Positions 55,101-64,000 of a DNA stretch of 64,000 nucleotides are shown one piece after another. The DNA is taken from the NCBI RefSeq assembly GCF_009914755.1, contig NC_060936.1; one strand, given 5' to 3'. A program made the position numbers and the translations under genes. The stretch comes from the human T2T-CHM13v2.0 reference genome, Homo sapiens. Position 1 is the stretch's first letter; each line of letters starts with the position of its first letter. The notes beneath the pieces were generated by a model, which was not told the DNA's origin, ran no database searches, and saw only the letters and a list, made by a program, of their open reading frames with translations.

Positions 55101-56375
55101 AATACACACAGCACAAAGAAGTTACTGAGACTTCTCCTATCAAACATTATATGAAAAAATCCCGTTTCCAACGAAGGCCTCAAAGAGGTCCAAATATCTG
55201 CTTGCAGACTTTACAGACAGAGTGTTTCCAAACTGCTCCATCAAAAGAAAGGTTAAACTCCTTGAGTTGAACACACACATCACAAAGTAGTTTCTGTGAA
55301 TGATTCTGTCTAGTTTTTATACGAAGATGTTTCCTTTTCTACCTTTGGTCTCAAAGCGATTGAAATCTCCACATGGAAACTCCACAAAAAGAGTGTTTCA
55401 AATCTGCTCTTTCTGAAGGAAGGTTCAACTCTGTGAGTTGAATACACACACCACAAATAAGTTACTGAGAATTCTTCTGTGTAACATTATATGAGGAAAT
55501 CCCGTTTCCAACGAAGGCCTCAAAGAGGTCCAAATATCCACTTGCAGACTTTACAAAGACAGTGTCTCCAAACTCCTCCATCAAAAGAAAGGTTATACTC
55601 TGTGAATTGAACGCACACATCACAAAGTAGTTTCTGAGAATGATTCTGTCTAGTTTTTATACGAAGATATTTCCTTTTCTACATTTGGCCTAAAAGCGCT
55701 TGAAATCTCCACCTGCAAATATCACAAAAAGAGGGTTTCACATCTGCTCTGTCTAAAGGACAGTTCACCTCTGTGAGTTGAATAGAGGCAACACAAAGAA
55801 CTTACCCAGTATTCTTCTTTCTAGCGTTCTCTGAAGAAATCCCGTTTCCAACGAAGGCCTCAAAGAGTTCCAAATATCTGCTTGCAGACTTTACAGACAG
55901 AGTGTTTCCAAACTACTCTATGAAAAGAAAGCTTAAACTCCTTGAGTTGAACGCACACATCACAAAGTAGTTTCTGAGAATGATTCTGTCTAGTTTTTAT
56001 ACGAAGATGTTTCCTTTTCTACATTTGGTCTCAAAGCGATTGAAATCTCCAACTGGAAACTGCACAAATAGGCTGTTTCAAATCTGCTCTGTCTAAAGGA
56101 AGGTTCAACTCTGTGAGTTGAATACACACACCACAAATAAGTTACTGAGAATTCTTCTGTCGAACATTACAGGAAGAAATCCCGTTTCCAACGAAGGCCT
56201 CAAAGAGGTCCAAATATCCACTTGCAGACATTACAAACAGTGTGTTTCCCACCTGCTCCATCAAAAGAAAGGTTAAACTCTGTGAGCTGAACACACACAT
56301 CAAAAAGAAGTTTGTGTGAATGATTCTGTCTAGATTTAATAAGAAGATGTTTCCTTTTCTACCGTAGGCCTCAAA
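46187..56375 (-). repeat. Alternating 12-mer/8-mer HORs (12-8-12-8-12-8)
   Basis: Starts at 46187 (12), 48225 (8), 49583 (12), 51621 (8), 52979 (12), 55017 (8; 1359 bp). Confidence 0.92.
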
Positions 56376-59300
56376 GCGCTTGAAATCTCCAGCTGCAAAT
56401 TCCACAAAAAGGGTGTTTAACATCTGCTCTTCTAAAGGAAAGTTCAACTCTATGAGTTGAATACACACAGCACAAAGAAGTTACTGAGACTTCTCCTATC
56501 AAACATTATATGAAGAAATCCCGTTTCCAACGAAGGCCTCAAAGAGGTCCAAATATCTGCTTGCAGACTTTACAGACAGAGTGTTTCCAAACTGCTCCAT
56601 CAAAAGAAAGGTTAAACTCCTTGAGTTGAACACACACATCACAAAGTAGTTTCTGTGAATGATTCTGTCTAGTTTTTATACGAAGATGTTTCCTTTTCAA
56701 CCTTTGGTCTCAAAGCGATTGAAATCTCCACATGGAAACTCCACCAAAAGAGTGTTTCAAATCTGCTCTTTCTGAAGGAAGGTTCAACTCTGTGAGTTGA
56801 ATACACACACCACAAATAAGTTACTGAGAATTCTTCTGTGTAACATTATATGAGGAAATCCCGTTTCCAACGAAGGCCTTAAAGAGGTCCAAATATCCAC
56901 TTGCAGACTTTACAAAGACAGTGTCTCCAAACTCCTCCATCAAAAGAAAGGTTATACTCTGTGAATTGAACGCACACATCACAAAGTAGTTTCTGAGAAT
57001 GATTCTGTCTAGTTTTTATACGAAGATATTTCCTTTTCTACATTTGGCCTAAAAGCGCTTGAAATCTCCACCTGCAAATATCACAAAAAGAGGGTTTCAC
57101 ATCTGCTCTGTCTACAGGACAGTTCACCTCTGTGAGTTGAATAGAGGCAACACAAAGAACTTACTCAGTATTCTTCTTTCTAGCATTCTATGAAGAAATC
57201 CCGTTTCCAACGAAGGCCCCTAAGAGGTCCAAATATCTGCTTGCAGACTTTACAGACAGAGTTTTTCCAAACTGCTCCATCAAAAGAAAGGTTAAACTCC
57301 TTGAGTTGAACACACACATCACAAAGTAGTTTCTGTGAATGATTCTGTCTAGTTTTTATAAGAAGATGTTTCCTTTTCTACCTTTGGTCTCAAAGCGATT
57401 GAAATCTCCACATGGAAACTCCACAAAAAGAGTGTTTCAAATCTGCTCTTTCTGAAGGAAGGTTCAACTCTGTGAGTTGAATACACACACCACAAATAAG
57501 TTACTGAGAATTCTTCTGTGTAACATTATATGAGGAAATCCCGTTTCCAACGAAGGCCTCAAAGAGGTCCAAATATCCACTTGCAGACTTTACAAAGACA
57601 GTGTCTCCAAACTCCTCCATCAAAAGAAAGGTTATACTCTGTGAATTGAACGCACACATCACAAAATAGTTTCTGAGAATGATTCTGTCTAGTTTTTATA
57701 CGAAGATATTTCCTTTTCTACATTTGGCCTAAAAGCGCTTGAAATCTCCACCTGGAAATATCACAAAAAGAGGGTTTCACATCTGCTCTGTCTAAAGGAC
57801 AGTTCACCTCTGTGAGTTGAATAGAGGCAACACAAAGAACTTACTCAGTATTCTTCTTTCTAGCGTTCTATGAAGAAATCCCATTTCCAACGAAGGCCTC
57901 AAAGAGGTCAAATATCTGCTTGCAGACTTTACAGACAGAGTGTTTCCAAACTACTCTATGAAAAGAAAGCTTAAACTCCTTGAGTTGAACGCACACATCA
58001 CAAAGTAGTTTCTGAGAATGATTCTGTCTAGTTTTTATACGAAGATGTTTCCCTTTCTACATTTGGTCTCAAAGCGATTGAAATCTCCAACTGGAAACTG
58101 CACAAATAGGCTGTTTCAAATCTGCTCTGTCTAAAAGAAGGTTCAACTCTGTGAGTTGAATACACACACCACAAATAAGTTACTGAGAATTCTTCTGTCG
58201 AACATTACAGGAAGAAATCCCGTTTCCAACGAAGACCACAAAGAGGTCCAAATATCCACTTGCAGACATTACAAACAGTGTGTTTCCCAACTGCTCCATC
58301 AAAAGAAAGGTTAAACTCTGTGAGCTGAACACACACATCAAAAAGAAGTTTCTGTGAATGATTCTGTCTAGATTTTATAAGAAGATGTTTCCTTTTCTAC
58401 CGTAGGCCTCAAAGCGCTTGAAATCTCCAGCTGCAAATTCCACAAAAAGGGTGTTTAACATCTGCTCTTCTAAAGGAAAGTTCAACTCTGTGAGTTGAAT
58501 ACACACAGCACAAAGAAGTTACTGAGACTTCTCCTATCAAACATTATATGAAGAAATCCCGTTTCCAACGAAGGCCTCAAAGAGGTCCAAATATCTGCTT
58601 GCAGACTTTACAGACAGTGTGTTTCCAAACTGCTCCATCAAAAGAAAGGTAAAACTCCTTGAGTTGAACACACACATCACAAAGTAGTTTCTGTGAATGA
58701 TTCTGTCTAGTTTTTATACGAAGATGTTTCCTTTTCTACCTTTGGTCTCAAAGCGATTGAAATCTCCACATGGAAACTCCACAAAAAGAGTGTTTCAAAT
58801 CTGCTCTTTCTGAAGGAAGGTTCAACTCTGTGAGTTGAATACACACACCACAAATAAGTTACTGGGAATTCTTCTGTGTAACATTATATGAGGAAATCCC
58901 GTTTCCAACGAAGGCCTTAAAAAGGTCCAAATATCCACTTGCAGACATTACAAAGACAGTGTCTCCAAACTCCTCCATCAAAAGAAAGGTTATACTCTGT
59001 GAATTGAACGCACACATCACAAAGTAGTTTCTGAGAATGATTCTGTCTAGTTTTTATACGAAGATATTTCCTTTTCTACATTTGGCCTAAAAGCGCTTGA
59101 AATCTCCACCTGCAAATATCACAAAAAGAGGGTTTCACATCTGCTCTGTCTAAAGGACAGTTCCCCTCTGTGAGTTGAATAGAGGCAACACAAAGAACTT
59201 ACTCAGTATTCTTCTTTCTAGCATTCTATGAAGAAATCCCGTTTCCAACGAAGGCCCCAAAGAGGTCCAAATATCTGCTTGCAGACTTTACAGACAGAGT

Positions 59301-62300
59301 TTTTCCAAACTGCTCCATCAATAGAAAGGTTAAACTCCTTGAGTTGAACACACACATCACAAAGTAGTTTCTGTGAATGATTCTGTCTAGTTTTTATAAG
59401 AAGATGTTTCCTTTTCTACCTTTGGTCTCAAAGCGATTGAAATCTCCACATGGAAACTCCACAAAAAGAGTGTTTCAAATCTGCTCTTTCTGAAGGAAGG
59501 TTCAACTCTGTGAGTTGAATACACACACCACAAATAAGTTACTGAGAATTCTTCTGTGTAACATTATATGAGGAAATCCCGTTTCCAACGAAGGCCTCAA
59601 AGAGGTCCAAATATCCACTTGCAGACTTTACAAAGACAGTGTCTCCAAACTCCTCCATCAAAAGAAAGGTTATACTCTGTGAATTGAACGCACACATCAC
59701 AAAGTAGTTTCTGAGAATGATTCTGTCTAGTTTTTATACGAAGATATTTCCTTTTCTACATTTGGCCTAAAAGCGCTTGAAATCTCCACCTGCAAATATC
59801 ACAAAAAGAGGGTTTCACATCTGCTCTGTCTAAAGGACAGTTCTCCTCTGTGAGTTGAATAGAGGCAACACAAAGAACTTACTCAGTATTCTTCTTTCTA
59901 GCGTTCTATGAAGAAATCCCGTTTCCAACGAAGGCCTCAAAGAGGTCAAATATCTGCTTGCAGACTTTACAGACAGAGTGTTTCCAAACTACTCTATGAA
60001 AAGAAAGCTTAAACTCCTTGAGTTGAACGCACACATCACAAAGTAGTTTCTGAGAATGATTCTGTCTAGTTTTTATACGAAGATGTTTCCTTTTCTACAT
60101 TTGGTCTCAAAGCGATTGAAATCTCCAACTGGAAACTGCACAAATAGGCTGTTTCAAATCTGCTCTGTCTAAAGGAAGGTTCAGCTCTGTGAGTTGAATA
60201 CACACACCACAAATAAGTTACTGAGAATTCTTCTGTCGAACATTACAGGAAGAAATCCCGTTTCCAACGAAGGCCTCAAAGAGGTCCAAATATCCACTTG
60301 CAGACATTACAAACAGTGTGTTTCCCAACTGCTCCATCAAAAGAAAGGTTAAACTCTGTGAGCTGAACACACACATCAAAAAGAAGTTTCTGTGAATGAT
60401 TCTGTCTAGATTTTATAAGAAGATGTTTCCTTTTCTACCGTAGGCCTCAAAGCGCTTGAAATCTCCAGCTGCAAATTCCACAAAAAGGGTGTTTAACATC
60501 TGCTCTTCTAAAGGAAAGTTCAACTCTATGAGTTGAATACACACAGCACAAAGAAGTTACTGAGACTTCTCCTATCAAACATTATATGAAGAAATCCCGT
60601 TTCCAACGAGGGCCTCAAAGAGGTCCAAATATCTGCTTGCAGACTTTACAGACAGAGTGTTTCCAAACTGCTCCATCAAAAGAAAGGTTAAACTCCTTGA
60701 GTTGAACACACACATCACAAAGTAGTTTCTGTGAATGATTCTGTCTAGTTTTTATACGAAGATGTTTCCTTTTCTACCTTTGGTCTCAAAGCGATTGAAA
60801 TCTCCACATGGAAACTCCACAAAAAGAGTGTTTCAAATCTGCTCTTTCTGAAGGAAGGTTCAACTCTGTGAGTTGAATACACACACCACAAATAAGTTAC
60901 TGAGAATTCTTCTGTGTAACATTATATGAGGAAATCCCGTTTCCAACGAAGGCCTCAAAGAGGTCCAAATATCCACTTGCAGACTTTACAAAGACAGTGT
61001 CTCCAAACTCCTCCATCAAAAGAAAGGTTATACTCTGTGAATTGAACGCACACATCACAAAGTAGTTTCTGAGAATGATTCTGTCTAGTTTTTATACGAA
61101 GATATTTCCTTTTCTACATTTGGCCTAAAAGCGCTTGAAATCTCCACCTGCAAATATCACAAAAAGAGGGTTTCACATCTGCTCTGTCTAAAGGACAGTT
61201 CACCTCTGTGAGTTGAATAGAGGCAACACAAAGAACTTACTCAGTATTCTTCTTTCTAGCATTCTATGAAGAAATCCCGTTTCCAACGAAGGCCTCAAAG
61301 AGGTCCAAATATCTGCTTGCAGACTTTAAAGACAGAGTTTTTCCAAACTGCTCCATCAAAAGAAAGGTTAAACTCCTTGAGTTGAACACACACATCACAA
61401 AGTAGTTTCTGTGAATGATTCTGTCTAGTTTTTATACGAAGATGTTTCCTTTTCTACCTTTGGTCTCAAAGCGATTGAAATCTCCACATGGAAACTCCAC
61501 AAAAAGAGTGTTTCAAATCTGCTCTTTCTGAAGGAAGGTTCAACTCTGTGAGTTGAATACACACACCACAAATAAGTTACTGAGAATTCTTCTGTGTAAC
61601 ATTATATGAGGAAATCCCGTTTCCAACGAAGGCCTCAAAGAGGTCCAAATATCCACTTGCAGACTTTACAAAGACAGTGTCTCCAAACTCCTCCATCAAA
61701 AGAAAGGTTATACTCTGTGAATTGAACGCACACATCACAAAGTAGTTTCTGAGAATGATTCTGTCTAGTTTTTATACGAAGATATTTCCTTTTCTACATT
61801 TGGCCTAAAAGCGCTTGAAATCTCCACCTGCAAATATCACAAAAAGAGGGTTTCACATCTGCTCTGTCTAAAGGACAGTTCACCTCTGTGAGTTGAATAG
61901 AGGCAACACAAAGAACTTACTCAGTATTCTTCTTTCTAGCGTTCTATGAAGAAATCCCGTTTCCAACGAAGGCCTCAAAGAGGTCAAATATCTGCTTGCA
62001 GACTTTACAGACAGAGTGTTTCCAAACTACTCTATGAAAAGAAAGCTTAAACTCCTTGAGTTGAACGCACACATCACAAAGTAGTTTCTGAGAATGATTC
62101 TGTCTAGTTTTTATACGAAGATGTTTCCTTTTCTACATTTGGTCTCAAAGCGATTGAAATCTCCAACTGGAAACTGCACAAATAGGCTGCTTCAAATCTG
62201 CTCTGTCTAAAGGAAGGTTCAGCTCTGTGAGTTGAATACACACACCACAAATAAGTTACTGAGAATTCTTCTGTCGAACATTACAGGAAGAAATCCCGTT

Positions 62301-64000
62301 TCCAACGAAGGCCTCAAAGAGCTCCAAATATCCACTTGCAGACATTACAAACAGTGTGTTTCCCAACTGCTCCATCAAAAGAAAGGTTAAACTCTGTGAG
62401 CTGAACACACACATCAAAAAGAAGTTTCTGTGAATGATTCTGTCTAGATTTTATAAGAAGATGTTTCCTTTTCTACCGTAGGCCTCAAAGCGCTTGAAAT
62501 CTCCAGCTGCAAATTCCACAAAAAGGGTGTTTAACATCTGCTCTTCTAAAGGAAAGTTCAACTCTATGAGTTGAATACACACAGCACAAAGAAGTTACTG
62601 AGACTTCTCCTATCAAACATTATATGAAGAAATCCCGTTTCCAACGAAGGCCTCAAAGAGGTCCAAATATCTGCTTGCAGACTTTACAGACAGAGTGTTT
62701 CCAAACTGCTCCATCAAAAGAAAGGTTAAACTCCTTGAGTTGAACACACACATCACAAAGTAGTTTCTGTGAATGATTCTGTCTAGTTTTTATACGAAGA
62801 TGTTTCCTTTTCTACCTTTGGTCTCAAAGCGATTGAAATCTCCACATGGAAACTCCACAAAAAGAGTGTTTCAAATCTGCTCTTTCTGAAGGAAGGTTCA
62901 ACTCTGTGAGTTGAATACAGACACCACAAATAAGTTACTGAGAATTCTTCTGTGTAACATTATATGAGGAAATCCCGTTTCCAACGAAGGCGTCAAAGAG
63001 GTCCAAATATCCACTTGCAGACTTTACAAAGACAGTGTCTCCAAACTCCTCCATCAAAAGAAAGGTTATACTCTGTGAATTGAACGCACACATCACAAAG
63101 TAGTTTCTGAGAATGATTCTGTCTAGTTTTTATACGAAGATATTTCCTTTTCTACATTTGGCCTAAAAGCGCTTGAAATCTCCACCTGCAAATATCACAA
63201 AAAGAGGGTTTCACATCTGCTCTGTCTAAAGGACAGTTCACCTCTGTGAGTTGAATAGAGGCAACACAAAGAACTTACTCAGTATTCTTCTTTCTAGCAT
63301 TCTATGAAGAAATCCCGTTTCCAACGAAGGCCCCAAAGAGGTCCAAATATCTGCTTGCAGACTTTACAGACAGAGTTTTTCCAAACTGCTCCATCAAAAG
63401 AAAGGTTAAACTGCTTGAGTTGAACACACACATCACAAAGTAGTTTCTGTGAATGATTCTGTCTAGTTTTTATAAGAAGATGTTTCCTTTTCTACCTTTG
63501 GTCTCAAAGCGATTGAAATCTCCACATGGAAACTCCTCATAAAGAGTGTTTCAAATCTGCTCTTTCTGAAGGAAGGTTCAACTCTGTGAGTTGAATACAC
63601 ACACCACAAATAAGTTACTGAGAATTCTTCTGTGTAACATTATATGAGGAAATCCCGTTTCCAACGAAGGCCTCAAAGAGGTCCAAATATCCACTTGCAG
63701 ACTTTACAAAGACAGTGTCTCCAAACTCCTCCATCAAAAGAAAGGTTATACTCTGTGAATTGAACGCACACATCACAAAGTAGTTTCTGAGAATGATTCT
63801 GTCTAGTTTTTATACGAAGATATTTCCTTTTCTACATTTGGCCTAAAAGCGCTTGAAATCTCCACCTGCAAATATCACAAAAAGAGGGTTTCACATCTGC
63901 TCTGTCTAAAGGACAGTTCACCTCTGTGAGTTGAATAGAGGCAACACAAAGAACTTACTCAGTATTCTTCTTTCTAGCGTTCTATGAAGAAATCCCGTTT
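56376..64000 (-). repeat. Run of 12-mer HOR variants (three full, one truncated by the window end)
   Basis: Starts at 56376, 58414, 60452, 62490; spacing 2038 bp. Confidence 0.92.

Larger units (their letters stand above)
1..64000 (-). repeat. Centromeric alpha-satellite higher-order-repeat array, SF1 dimeric type, 8-mer HOR with 12-mer variants; most likely human chr12 D12Z3 (tentative)
   Basis: ~170-bp tandem monomers throughout. The reverse complement reads gaattctcagtaactt...ggagatttcaa...ggtagaaaaggaaa...ccttcgttggaaacgggatttcttc, matching the SF1 340-bp EcoRI dimer as I recall it. The marker gcgcttgaaatctccagctg recurs every 1358/1359 or 2038 bp. Alpha-satellite call is near certain. 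The chromosome call (SF1 8-mer, one HindIII aagctt and one PvuII cagctg per HOR) is inference at about 0.65; D10Z1 is the main alternative. Confidence 0.98.

Noticed and set aside
56142-56468. 108-aa ORF (-)
   Set aside because: Non-ATG start in satellite sequence, opened by private SNPs. Database hits to hypothetical proteins would most likely be alphoid mis-annotations or contamination.
1-64000. CRISPR-like array of the conserved gaaatcccgtttccaacgaaggcctcaaagagg motif
   Set aside because: The spacing is ~340 bp, the intervening DNA is itself repeated rather than unique spacers, there are no cas genes, and the motif is the CENP-B box region.
1-64000. Transposon insertion (L1/Alu), inversion or non-alphoid island
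   Set aside because: Unit spacings account for the whole window, all CENP-B boxes seen are in one orientation, and I saw no poly(A) tail or foreign sequence.
1-64000. Assignment to D18Z1 or D20Z2 (also ~1.36-kb HORs)
   Set aside because: Those arrays are SF2, whereas these monomers match the SF1 J1/J2 pattern as I recall it. Alignment to T2T-CHM13 would settle this.

Overview
The entire 64 kb is one uninterrupted, single-orientation array of primate (almost certainly human) centromeric alpha satellite. Monomers are ~170 bp and arranged as dimers, with a CENP-B box in every second monomer (~340 bp spacing, box on the - strand). The sequence resembles suprachromosomal family 1 (J1/J2 dimer). 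The main higher-order repeat (HOR) is an 8-monomer unit of 1358-1359 bp (28 copies by my count). It is interspersed with a 12-monomer structural variant of 2038 bp (12 full copies plus a truncated one at the window end) made by an internal 680-bp duplication. One HindIII and one PvuII site per HOR fit the chromosome 12 active array D12Z3 best, but this assignment is from memory and unverified. I found no genes, RNA genes, transposons, inversions or CRISPR arrays, and the four ORFs are chance read-throughs of satellite DNA. I see no evidence of a new protein-coding system. The features of interest record how the array evolved: SNP-defined super-repeats (2718 bp, 3396 bp, ~8.15 kb), a haplotype switch near 9 kb, an apparently single-origin 12-mer with its junction spanning a CENP-B box, an out-of-register conversion tract near 44 kb, and propagated CENP-B box mutations. 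All coordinates were read by eye and may be off by a few bases.
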